Source of the DNA: Ruditapes philippinarum
Taxonomy: Eukaryota
NCBI RefSeq assembly: GCF_026571515.1
Contig: NW_026861601.1
Coordinates: 62,001-126,000, forward strand
Direction of reading: 5' to 3'
DNA length: 64,000 nucleotides
Shown here piece after piece: positions 1 to 13,500 of this stretch. Both the position numbers and the translations under genes were made by a program. The notes beneath the pieces were generated by a model. That model did not search any database. It saw nothing but the letters and a program-made list of their open reading frames with translations, and was not told where the DNA came from. Position 1 is the stretch's first letter. The number at the start of each line of letters is the position of its first letter.

Positions 1-568
1 GCAGTGACGCTAATAATTCACTGAAAATATTTAAAACCATCAACACCAACAGTCATTAAACAACTGAAAGGTGCCAATATTTACAAATTCATACTGATAT
101 GAACTTGAAACATGTTGAAAGACAAAACAGAAAGAGTCAGGGAAGTACATAATCGCAAACATCCTTGCGTAATTTCTTAATTTATTCGCAAAGTATATAA
201 ATATATATAAATCTTGCGGTTATGTTTATTCTATCTATATAACACTTGGTCAATGGTAATATAATCTTTTGAAGTATTTCTGCCTTAAATGTCTGTATTT
301 TGGGCAAACCAATAAAAAATGATATTCATCTTCCATTATATGCATGGTACAATTGTTACATTATAATTACATATTTCAGGAACGACCTATAGTGTATCTG
401 CATTGTTAAGACAACTAGATCTATCCGAAAAATACATCCATCTAGTCTTTTTTATAGGTCAGTCACTGAGGACATATCATCAGGCGTTCCTTAAAAGATT
501 ATTTGCATGCCAAGTCATGAGGTAGAATTTTCAGCGCAGAATTCACGGAGAAATGTTAATCAAATTGG

Positions 569-1744
569 CCTTATTAAAGGACCTAGGACCACCGAGGTCA
601 AAAGCTTAAAAATCATAAAATTTGATTTTTTACAAAAATCAAGTGCAGCACTAACATGGAGATATCTGAAAAGAATAATAAAGAAATATATTCAGGATTA
701 CATTGAATGTCGATAGTAAGTTCCATTCTTAGCAAAGCGTTGCGACGATTTTCATTTTTTGGTCATTTCGCAAAATGAAGATGATTATATGGGTGCGGGA
801 ATGATCTGAAGATTTGCACATAAGTAACTTATTGAAACCTACTCATAATCATACATAAATCTCGGAATAATAATGAAATTATAAATGATTATGTAAATAT
901 AAACTCTTGCTCTTATAATACATGTGAAACATTTATAATACATTGTTGTTAGAAACAAAACCTTAAATAATCCAATTTTATTTTAATATACTCTTGGTCA
1001 TACTTATAACAAAATTTTCTGTCTCATGCTCGTAAAAGAAATTTGCTACTATCTAATTATCACATCAAATGCATCCTAAGGCACTGGTCATTAACGTATT
1101 ATTTTTTATTTTGACATGACTGTTTGGTTTCTTAAATAATATGAGTGGCAATGACTTATAACAATAGTAATTTTGTGCCGTTGGTAATATCCATCAGCCA
1201 TTTCTTGTCTTTTTCGTTTTCGGACAAGACTGGTTTTCTTTATGGATAAACTTGAAAACTTTACATAACAATATATATATATATATGCTTGTAATATTGT
1301 AATAGTCACTGTATTATTTTGTATAATATCTCTTGTTGTTAACCTAATTTATTAGTGTTAAGAAATTATTGTACATGATGTAATTTTGTATATATTGTAT
1401 ATATTGTATGTTCTGCTCTTCATAATGGGAGGAAATAAAGAATCTATCTACCTTATTAACGGACCTACACCGAGGTCAAAAGCTTAAAACCATAAAATTT
1501 GATTTCTTACAATATCAAGTGAAGCACTAACCACGTGAAATATCCTGAAGAGGATAATAAAGAAATATATTCAGGATTATATTGAAAGTCGATAGTAAGT
1601 TCCACTCTTAGCAAAGCGTTGCGACGCTTTTCATTTTTGGGTCATTTCGCAAAATAAAGATGATTATGTAGGTGCGGGAATGATCTGAAAATTTGCACAT
1701 AAGTAACTGATTGAAACCTACTCATAATCATACATAAATCTCGG
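569..1744 (+). repeat. About 297-bp direct duplication (569-865, 1451-1744) flanking a 585-bp insert that ends in AATAAA-GAATCTATCTA
   Basis: The two copies align end to end with scattered substitutions. The copies start like the TTAA-AGG MITE family, and the insert tail resembles a retroposon 3' end. Confidence 0.8.
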
Positions 1745-4229
1745 TAAAATACGTCCAGTCCCGTCAACTCAAAAAGATCTGGGTCGATGATGCATGGGCC
1801 TTGTAATATGAAACCATTCATTTAATAATCAGAAGCAACCTGCAATGACGTATATGTTATCTTCATACAAACATTGTGGAATATTATTATTATATTAATA
1901 TGATATTTTGATTGATATTTTACAATTTAGGAGTACATGCAGTCCAAAGGTTATGTATGCGTGGTACAATATGGTATACAATTCTTATTAAAGGCGAGTG
2001 CGGGAAGTTTTTCCTCTATTTATAAACATTAAATAGGATAACTTCAAACTTGTATCTGACAGATGTAAAGATAAAAACTTTTGTAATCGATTTTCTTTTT
2101 TTCTTTTTTTAATGTATCAAATCATTTTACAGCAAAAAATAACAGTAGAAAATCGGATAATTTTATTTCGCCTACGAAATACTCACGTCGGTCAACTGAT
2201 AATCAGTAACGTCTCTGGTATGTTACAATTACGTAAAGGGAGCGTACACAGTCTGCTCTACAATACTTTACCAACAAGGATTCAGGACCTTATTTAACAT
2301 GTATTGTCGGAAAGAGCCATAAAGCTACGAGTTGTCTCTTGCTGCTAAAAGAGCCGGCGTCACACACAATGAAGACGGAGCATGCTCAAACAGAGACAAA
2401 AACCTGTCTCATAAGTAATACATGGAGTTACATGGTTTGCTAAGGCATGCACCAAAATAACATATCTATCATCTTAGTTGAAAAATGAAAATCTTTACAA
2501 AGATTAAATTGCTGTTATCAGCGACGTACGTGTAGGTTAAAAAAAATGCAATGTTCCTGCTGCCATTATGATGTTATAGAGTAGTTGCCAAAATGTGGTC
2601 ACAAAAAACACTCTTTATTATATCGATAAGGGTTTCTGTGGTTTTTTTTTTTTTAGTGTTTTAGTTACACCTGTGTCAAAATTAACCCGAATACACCCTC
2701 CCAACACTTTGACTACCCCCTCCACATCCCCTACCCATTGATAGTTAACTGATATTTTTATCAAATTTGTCAATGTTAATTTGTTGAAACAAATTACACA
2801 AATAAAGCACGGTTTTATTCGCTATACAACATGCATTATCATAGTCTTGTGAATTTTATAATCATTATAATTATAAAAAAGGAATCAGAAGAAACCCAAA
2901 AACGGTTAAAAATTAGGTTACAATTTTGATTACATATACACGTATATTCTGGTATGACGACCTTGACAAGTTAAAATTCATAACCTCCTGACAAAGCTTT
3001 TTAAAAAACTATTTTTAGACGTTCAGAATTACGAAATATAATAAAGCCATATTTATATTAAGACTTTTGGCAAACACTAAACAGATCGTGGGTGTGTGAC
3101 GTCACAACGACTTGATACTTACATTAAGTGTTTAATTGCTTATTTGAATACGTTTTAAACATATGTTTGTTATCGCGTGATATGCCGTTGGTTATATGTA
3201 ACCACAACTGATAAAAATACTGATCTAACTCGAGGTTACATTCTATATTAGTATGTTAATTCTTATCATTTAGTCATGTTTTGGAGAATGAAATCATAAA
3301 AAAATTGATTTGAAGATTAATGTTGACATTATTCTAAATGCGGAAAGAAAATGAAATCTTATACATATGTACATGTGTTATGTCAAATTGAAAACAATGA
3401 ACTTTGGTCATAAACATGAACTCACAATAACTTAAAATATAAACATATTATATAGGGGCAACTAAATTTAGACACATCATCAACAACAACAACAGATAAA
3501 AACGCATGTAATGCACTGCTGTATAAAGTTGAAACATTAATGACCAACAGGCATTCATAAAACATCACTGTCGTCAAAGGGGTCGAATTTCGTCTTTGAC
3601 AATTTGCATGTATTAGCCTGTAGATACAATTAATGCAGTCCATGGCTCAGTAATTATTATATTAAATGCCTGATCATATTCAGCTACCGATCGAGGCGTT
3701 GCACATTGTGACTGCTGTATGTAGATCTACAATGTTATATCTAACTAGATATATAGTGTCTACATATATATAATTCTAATCTATGTTTTTTTTTATTTTA
3801 AATAAATATTCTAATATTCGTAAACAGCTAGCAACCCTTATTCTTAGCACATATCCAAGGCCAGGCCTATGTATATGTGGAATCACGGCTGTATATATAG
3901 TCTAGAACTTTTGCATTCATAACGCGCGTGATATATTTTCAATTAGTCTTTTATTACTTTCAAACGGGGCATAGAAATTCTGTTCAAACAGAATTGTGTT
4001 GAACAGAATTGTGTGACATAGATTTCCTAGCTAACTCAAACGTTCAAAGTTTATAAAATGAAGTAGTCTTGATCACAGGATTTCATGCGTTTTAAATTTA
4101 ATTCACATATAAATAGAATAAGAATGTATACATGTACCTCTGGAGTCAATGCTAAGCTATTGTCATTTTTATATTCAATTAAAAAATATAAACACTCGAT
4201 TTGATTGATTTTTCATGTATACCCGGTAT

Positions 4230-4420
4230 ACCTGTACGCCAATAAACGAAAACTTACCCACAGGTATATTAGACGTAATCCGTATCAATTAACGGCTACG
4301 GTTCATTCGCCAGATCAAAGCGCGCCTAGCAACCAATCAAACTTCGCCAAACAGTTATGTACATGTTTGCAAATATGGCCGCCTCTGTGTAGCGGTATAC
4401 GTCAGTTCGGTGATAAAATT
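4230..4420 (+). promoter_or_regulatory. CpG-enriched proximal promoter of the kinesin
   Basis: CCAAT at ~4239 and ~4333, RFX-type CCTAGCAAC 4325-4333, YY1-like AAATATGGCCGCC ~4371-4383; locally high CpG 100-270 nt upstream of the ATG. Confidence 0.55.
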
Positions 4421-4498
4421 CAGTATTAACATACGTGTATATCTTAAAAACTGTGAAAAAAGATCGGATAACAGTGCCAAATTAATTCAGATTCCACG

Positions 4499-4546
4499 AT
4501 GAGTGAAGGAGAGAATGTTAAAGTGGCTGTCAGGGTGCGACCATTC
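4499..4546 (+). CDS. KIF28: Kinesin exon 1 [16 protein letters not shown]
   Basis: ATG 4499; kinesin beta1 motif; followed by U12 donor ATATCCTTT. Confidence 0.93.
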
Positions 4547-7500
4547 ATATCCTTTTTTTTTATTCGTTAATTGATGAAATCGGGCACCGGCTAATGCAAT
4601 TAACGTAATGAATATTCGATCTTTTGCACAGTTGCATGTTAATAAAATTGTTGCACATTTTATCAAATATGTGCATTGCTACTTTTCATGTTAAATGAAC
4701 AGATCGACTGTTTTGTGTATGGGAATTTATTGAATTTTTAGTAAAATTTTCAAGTGGTGACGCTGGCATGACTGAGCTTGTTGTAATGAAAAATAATTGG
4801 TTTATTGTATGAGTACTATACACACAAATGTTTGAAGAGTAAAGACCAGTACTCTTTTTGCATTATCATGATGGCTAAATTTAAACTTTGCAGTGATGTG
4901 AAATGGTTAATATTTTTTTCAAAGTATGAAAATAGGGCTATACATTGTACATGAATAACCTGGATTAGACCCTGGGGTCAAAATCAGTAGTATATCTACA
5001 TGTACATAGAAGGCTCAGTCTTTATTGATCTGTCAGTCTAATATTTTTTGAACAAAATTCTGAGGCATTTTAATTGCATGTAATAATCATACTAATCAGT
5101 TATTATTTTAAGATATAACAGCATTTACTGTATCATTTCCAATTATTATTCAGAACTTAATTACAATTATTCTAAGAGAATGGAAGCTGGGAGCAAAATG
5201 TAAATGTTGTCATACTTGGCAGACATTAAATTTTATACGTATTTCCCAGTCAATTTATCCAGGGCTTTCCTTAATCTTTTCGGGTAAGGGGGGACTTTGA
5301 CTAGGGAAGATGTTTTTATTTCAGAGATTGAGACCAGGTGACATTTGGATTTTTCGAACCTTTAGCAAAGGCTCTGTCTCAGGGGACAGTTAAATTGTAA
5401 CATAGGTCTCAACTTAAAGACATATCTCATATGTCACCCATTCCGGCGCCAAAATAAAACCACTCTATTGCCCATCTATCCCCTGTCTTTCCCTGGGGAT
5501 CGGGGTGGAAGCATTGGTTTAAATTGATTAGTTCAATATATGAAGAAAGTACTTGGAAGCTTTTCAGACTATTTTGGATTTTGATGCAATAAAGATATCT
5601 TTTTGTAAGAATTTTGTTTGCAGAATTCTCACAATGCCACTTTTTATGGGTGGAAATTCTGAAACTTTTGTGAAATCAAATTCCATCCTAGTATTCCATG
5701 AGATTTACACAGAGCTGCTCACAATTCTCAATACTGTTACAGTACCAGGCTATTGTTAGAATCATGATCAAATACTGTACTGATAGCTCACAAGTCATAA
5801 TGTCATTGCTAATGCTAAAGAAATAGATTTAGGAATGATGGTCTTGAAAGACACTTTTTGGCAAGATTTCCAGAATAAATCTCATTACAAATATTGAATT
5901 TGTGAACCACCTTGCTGGAACAAACAATGATTAGCCTATTCCACCAAGAGCCAGGCCAGCTTGCACATCAGCCCCATCTGACCAGACTCTATACTGTTAG
6001 CAGACTGACATTGATCATTCCAAAATTTATGATGGACAGTTTCAAAAAACTAAAAAAAAAAACTTGACAAACCTATTAGATAAATTTAGCAAGTTGACTC
6101 CTTATACCTTTCTGGCTAAATACTTGAGGCATTTTGGATCCAGAAAAAATTAACTATTGCTCACTGAACGAGCTTTTATAGTGTTATACCCAGGGTAAAC
6201 ATATACATATCATTTTACTTATTGCATATATCCCTCCCCTTCTTTCACTGCCCTTGTGTCTTCTCCCATTTTTAAATTGGTGCCTTCTTGGTGCCCTACA
6301 GGTGTGCCTGGATTGTGTCAGGGGCTGTGTTCTGTGAATGTTACCTTGCCTTGCCTTGTTGATATTTATTTTCATTTTTTTATATACATGTAGATATTTA
6401 TATTTGCTGCCTCATTTTTCTCTCAGCATGCAGGCTTTATAATATACACAACCATACAATTATATGTTATATTCACTACATACACAACTATATAATTGAT
6501 TTCATTTGAGATACCTGTATTAAATGAATTGTATAGATTTTTTCTGTGGGATATATACAGATACTTCTCATTAGGAATATCAATACTGTCATAGAGGATT
6601 ACCGCTTGTTCTCCTAAATAGCTTTCATCATAAAACACTGCTAATAACCATCATATTAATCATCACTTCAACCCTTGCTTTGCTGAATTTTTTAAATGGA
6701 CTTGACCAGTTTCTATTTTTGGAACAGTCCATTTTCAATTTTGGGGATATCTAGAGTTAGCTAGCAGGATAATTAATACACCACTGACTATTCATTTGTC
6801 TTTTGTGTGTCTATGTAGAGAATATAGATACTCAGGAACTTGGCATATGTTTGTTCCTGGGGTAAAAACAAACTTTTACAATTTTTAAATTAATTAATAT
6901 ATATATCGATGATAAGCCAAAAGCTTTGACCATTCTATTGTGAAAGATGGTTGATTAAGCTATAACTGAGAAAGTTTGTACCATCAGATTAGATGGGAAA
7001 AACTCACATTTGCTTAATTCTGGATAATAATTATTCTTTTAAAAATTAATGGATCAGATGTCAAAACCCCATACCCATATAAGTGAACTCTCCCACTTTT
7101 AGGGGGAGACTCCCACTTTTTGTAGCCATATTATCGATGATTTTTCTTAAAATAAGGGGTATTTTCACAAATTAAAGAAATCTCCCTATTTTTGATGTAA
7201 GAACTACCTTCTTTGTTTATTGCAAATTCTAAAATCTCCCTCTTTTCAAAGAAAAATCTCTCACTTGATCATCAAAAAAAGTTCAAATGTATGCCAATAC
7301 CTTGGTATTATATTTTCTTACCAATCTTCCAGCAGAAAAATTAGGATTGAATTGATTATCAGACACTCATACCTGACTGTTCTATTGTCTTTCTATAGGT
7401 TGCATCCTATGAGAAAAAATAATTAAATGGTCATATAGGTAGCTGACCATGTGTTACTATAAAGATGTAAATGTGAATTGGTAGATAATTTAATATTAAA

Positions 7501-10500
7501 TATATTAGAATATCAGACTGAATGATGTCCCAACACCTCTGAACTGCGACTACATCTGTTATCATAGTCATGCTACAGTTTTAAAACATATTGACCTGTT
7601 AGTTACACTTGTTTATATTCCTTAACAACTGTCCACAATGGGCGTGAGAAGGAGCGCAATGCCACCCTTATTATTGAAATGAGTGGTGCTCAAACTAAAA
7701 TAACAGACCCGTCTGGTGCGAATGAGGAAAAGAAGTTTACATTCGACTTCAGCTATTGGTCACATGATGGCTGCAAGGATGACGGCTCCGGATATTTTGC
7801 ACCGGACACTTCCCATTCCAATGGAAAGAAATTTGCAGACCAGGTACACAGCAAGTCTTTTTTATGAATCTGTATTTGTTTTTATTCCTTTGTTTCAAAT
7901 TTTTGTTATTCTTTTGGTTATTTGAAATCAATTTCTTACAGATCAAATTGTCATAACTCTTTTGTGTGATGTGGGTGTAGAATTCAAAGAAGTTAATGGT
8001 AGACCTAAGTTATTTCTATATCAAACTATTGATATAAGTTCAAATATGTTTTAGGCCAATATGCCTTAAATTTACTGTAGTGATATTACCTTGCATAAAA
8101 TAGGAGCCGAACTGCAGAACATCTAAGGTCTATTCCAAAATGACATAACTGACCGAAATCCCTTATTAAATCTTGAAATTTTCCCAGAAACCGTTATAGG
8201 ATTCTTCAAAACAGGACAAAACTTTTAGGCATTGAATGGCATCTTATAAAACATTATTTATAAATAAGTTGCTCATCAGTTTCAATGTGTTTTTTTTTAT
8301 CTCTTTTGCAGCAAAAAGTGTTTAATGAACTTGGTGTAGGTGTACTGAAGAATGCCTGGGAAGGTTACAACTCAACATTGTTCGCCTATGGACAGACAGG
8401 ATCTGGCAAAAGTTGGTCCATGGTCGGCTATGGAGTTAACAAAGGTGAGCTTTGATCTTGTATGACCCAAGATGTTCAAACATAAATTGCTTGACCACAA
8501 AATCTGCTCTAAACCGAGGTAAACTCCCCGATTTTGCGTAATTGACTGGTGATGTTAAAATTTTGGAAATAATTGTTAAAATGAGATATTTGGAGTTAGA
8601 TTACAAAATTTTAAGATTCAGCTCTAGACAGTTATAGAGTATAGTATATTGACTAAATATTGACTGTATTGCTAAATATCTCAATGGCTATTATTTATAT
8701 GGAAGGTACAGGGAAATCATTTGCAGCTAGCTTTAAAACTTAACCTGCTGAATTTGAATAATGGATTTTTCCTGCTTTGAATTTGGAACAGTCCATTTGA
8801 TTTTTAAGGGATTTTGATAACAAAATACAAAACCTGAACTACAAACGGTTAATAATTGAGCTTGGTCAGACTGGCTGGTTCAGCTGTATACTGGTGGCAA
8901 AGCCTGCATGAGTAATCACTGTCTATTCCAGCCTGATAAAAACAAAAATCTTTTGAGTGTTGAAATAAAATTCCTTTACATTTTGATCAAGTATCTCTTT
9001 CTTAGTAAATACATTTTCTTGCACAATCTTACTACCGGTATTCTTTGCTTTATGTTGTGTTATAATAATTATGGTATGTGGTATAACGGCTCCACTTGTG
9101 TCACTTTAAATTATCAACTTCTTCTCATGCAAGACAGTGAGTCTGTTAAAGATTATAGCAGAAGTTCCATTTTATTTTTCATTTTTATTTTTTTCCCCAG
9201 GTATTGTTCCTCTGTACTGTGACATGCTTTTCAAGGACATTGCCAAGAAAAAGGAAGAAGGTGCAAAAGAACAGTTTGAGGTGAGAAAATAACTTGCATT
9301 TTTTTAAAAATATTTTGCAATTTCAATTTTGTCAATGTTTATGACTGTTTTCATAGGAAAATGCAAAACAGAGTTTATGCAAGGAAGGGAATGGAATAAG
9401 TTATGTTGTTAGATGTGGTGAAATGATGCAAATTAAGGTTAATAAAAGTTAAGTTCCAGTAATCAGTTAATGAAATTTGGCATTTCTAATTTTGATATTT
9501 TGCTATAGGATGTGTACCTTACTCTGCAGGTGTCGCAACACTTGCTTAACCTTTGTGAAATGGATCAGCCAAGATTCAAATTTAAAACAGTCTATTCAAA
9601 GTTAAAGAAATTTTAAATTCAAAGTACAAAATTAAGCTATCAGCTTTATACAGCCTGGAAACATACATGTGAACTTTTTTGGATGACCAAGTGGGAGATT
9701 TTTCTTCAAAGAGAGGAAGATTTTAGAATTTGCAATAAACAAAGAAGAAAGTTCTGACATCAAATTTCTTTAATTTGTGAAAATACCCCTTATTTTAAGA
9801 AAAATCTTAGAAAATATGGCTGCAGAAAGTGGGAGTCTCCCGCTAAAAGTGGGAGAGTTCACATGTATGCCTGGAAAGACTGCACAGTTTGTGGCAAAGG
9901 TTTGTCAAGTTTGGTTCCAGAAGGTTATGGTTGCTTTAGTGTGAATTTGGAAAAGCTCCTTTATCCACGAATTGATAATAGTTAGCATGCTGGTATAAAG
10001 TCACTAATATGAATTATAGAGCTCTTTCTAATAGATGTCTCATGGCTCTCTCAAATAAGTCATTGCCCTGAATGTGTTTTTAATAAAATATTACCACATC
10101 TTTTAGGAAATTATCAATTCTTTATAGGTACAATAAACATTTCTTGTTTTATTACAGGTAACATTCAGTATGTTGGAAATTTACAATGAAAACTGTAGAG
10201 ATTTGTTGGACTCCAGTGGCAAGAAAGCTGCTCTTAGAGTCAGACAACATCCAAAATCTGGATTTTATGGTAAGTCTTTTTGCATATTCTGATTTGCTTT
10301 GAGAGCACCTTGATATATTAATTCTTGATAGGCTATATATATATTGATTGGACTTGACCATCTTTCAATTTGTCATAAAAAAGTAAATCATTTTAAGGAG
10401 CTATTTGAAGAGAAGAGCAAAAAAAAGCAGACCCATCATCAGATGGGAAGGATGTGTTGGCTGATCTTGGTCTGCACTGGTCACAGTAAAACCATTTGCT

Positions 10501-13500
10501 TCCAGCAGACTAAGTGTTAATTTTATAGTACTGACCTTCTTTGATTTTGGAACAGTCCATTCAGTGTAACCCTTAACTTGCTGGAACCAAAATGGAATAG
10601 CTGTGGCCACCAGTAGGGAGCCAGGCCAGCCTGTACATCTGTTGTACTGGGATGGTGTACTGGTCTGCCATTTTAGCTGTTTAAGCTCTCTAGAGAGGTA
10701 AAGGTTTATCTAGAGTTAATCTAAAGGTTAACCAGAATATCTGTAAATAATTATTGACTAATGCTTTAGCAAAAGTGATAAAATTAAAAAAGAAATGTCA
10801 TTAAATTTTCAGTATTTTGTATTATTTAATACTAGTATGTTTCAGCTGACAATTAGATCTTTTGGACCTGTGTAGAATAATAAATGGTTAACATCAAGTC
10901 ATTTAAACCCTGTCAGCAGCAAGCCATGGTTTTCTTGAGCCGGAAACACTTTTTGCTTAGTACTGGTTGGATAAAAATTGCATAAAGCCTGGTTAGAATA
11001 CAAGGATGTGCAGGTTGGACTGGCCTTGGTCTATATTGGTTATTGCTTGGCTGATGTTAGTGCTCTGGGAGTTGATCTTTTAAACATTTGGCACCATTAC
11101 ACATTTAATGATTCTGCGATACTGGTTTTCTTATGCATGCATATTTTTGTGTTTACACAGCCGATGGTCTGAATGAGGTGCCAGTTGGTAGTTACGAAGA
11201 AATTGAACAGAGGACAGCTGAAGGTACACGAAACAGAACTGTTGCCTCAACAAAAATGAACGCCACCAGCAGGTAAACATTGCCTTATCTATTTAATGTA
11301 CACAATAAGCCTTTCACAACCTACTGATGTCCATTTACATCACATTTCAGGCTCCTCACAACACAGATGTTCAATTGTAGCATGGATTTTCATTACTGTA
11401 CACTTCAAGCCCCTTATACAGCCTGAAAGTTCATTTACTGTACACTTTAAGCCCTTTACAGCATGAATTTTCATTTATTGAAAACTTCAAGCCCCTTACA
11501 TTTAAAACAGCATAGACATAAACATATGAGCCGCGTCAAGAAAAAACATAATGGCTTTGTGACCAGCATGGATCCAGACCAGCTTGCGCATCCGTGCAGT
11601 ATGATTAGGATCCATGCTGTTCGCTTAAAAACCCTATAGCAAGTAGAGAAACTGATACTGAACAGCATGGATCCTGATCAGACTAAGCGGATGCGCAGGC
11701 TGGTCTGGATCCATGCTGGTCGCAATCGCACTATGTTGGTTTTGTCTGGCACAGCTCATATTGTACAGTTCAGGCCCCAATATGCACAAACTTTTATTGT
11801 TGTACATTTCTACCACTTACAGCATAGATGTTAATTTGCTTGACATTTCACATCCCTCACAGCATGTATATTCAATTGCAGTACACTTCGTGACTTTCAT
11901 GACATAATCATCATAATTATCTTGTACATTTTAGTGCTATTATAGCATGGATGGTCATATAATGTACACTTTAGGCCCCTTACAGCATGTTCAGTCGAAA
12001 AAAATCCAACTAACTCATTAGTGTCTCTTCTATTAAGAATCTGAACTTTATGCTCTGGCATAGACTCATTTAGACTGTAGGTCTGCGTCCATCAATAAAA
12101 CTGGAATGTCTCCTTATGAGCCGCAATGCTTTTAAAGTAAAAGATAATTATTGAGTTGTGTAATAGGATGATGCCACCTTGTTTTGTGAAATTAACATAA
12201 AGGTAAGACAAATAATTGTCTTGAACCCATGTCAAAAATATTTTTGTTACCTGCTGTGCCCTGAGACCTTTAAAATTAGACAATATCTATACATATATAA
12301 AATCAATATTATACATGTATATTTCTTTACCTCTTATATTATTGTGTTAAATTAGTTTTGTTACAATTATCACATTTGGCTGTTACAGTGGTAATGGACT
12401 TTCAATGTGATAGGTCATTTAAGTGCTTTGTACTTAATGCACTAGACAGTTCTAATAGCTGGTACAGAGTTAGTAAATTAATCATTTGAAATATCTGAAT
12501 CTGACAATCATTTCTGATATGAAATAATTTGATAAATCTTTTATCTGTGACTTAATCTTACAAATATTTCATGTTTTGTAACAGACAGATGTATTTGTAT
12601 CAGAGAAAATGCAGGTCTGTGTAGGATTCAAACTCATGGCCTGCCCAAAAACAATGTAAATATAACCTCGACCTATATGTCCCTGCAGATTTCACCATGT
12701 ACATGTACAAAATAAATGCCTTCATCATATTTTTAACATTTTTATAACTTCTGCAGTAAATCTGGATACTTAATTGGTAATTTACTGGTTCACACTGTCC
12801 TGGTTCAGACTGTCGCGGCCAAGGTTGAAGCAACTTTTAGTACAGAGCTACATTGTGGACAGAAATTCGGATCTTAATTTAGTTATTATAAGTGAAATCT
12901 CAATATTAAATGTGTTATTTTCTTTGCCAATTCAAAAAACAAAAATAATATTTACCATTTAAAACCAGTACGCCTGTGGGTCATTTAAAAATACAATTTA
13001 AAGCATTAAATGTGATATTTTGATTAAAAAAATTGCCCTGGTCATTTTGAAATACAATTTAAAGTATTTAATCTGATATTTTGATTTTTAGCCCTGGTCA
13101 TTTTTAAATACAATTAAGAGAATTAAACGTGATATATTGATTTTGCCCTTTAAACGGAAAATTTTTTATTACTTTTTTTTTGTAAGCTTGTACGAGTTGA
13201 TGACGTGTTAAGCAAAGATTATTCTATAATCTCTAATAAATAGATCTTTTGTTTGCATTGAGCCTCTATTGTTCAAATATGCACTGGAATAGAAAAAATG
13301 TACGCAATAGTGAATTATATACGCGGCTTGTAAATGTATATATAGATCCGTTTACCTGTACGGGGTTTATTTGTAACAGTATACAGTCGTAGTCCCATGG
13401 TGCTTGTAAATATTTTGCCAACAGTATTACAGAATATTATGGATACGGTCACGACTACATATATACCAGGGGTTAAAATATATAATATGAAATATTAGTG

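Noticed and set aside
2150-2460. CpG-richer patch as the promoter of a divergent gene
   Set aside because: No exon or clear motif set found to support it.
7679-7867. Met 7679 as the kinesin start
   Set aside because: It would lose the conserved VAVRVRP strand, which exon 1 supplies through the U12 intron.
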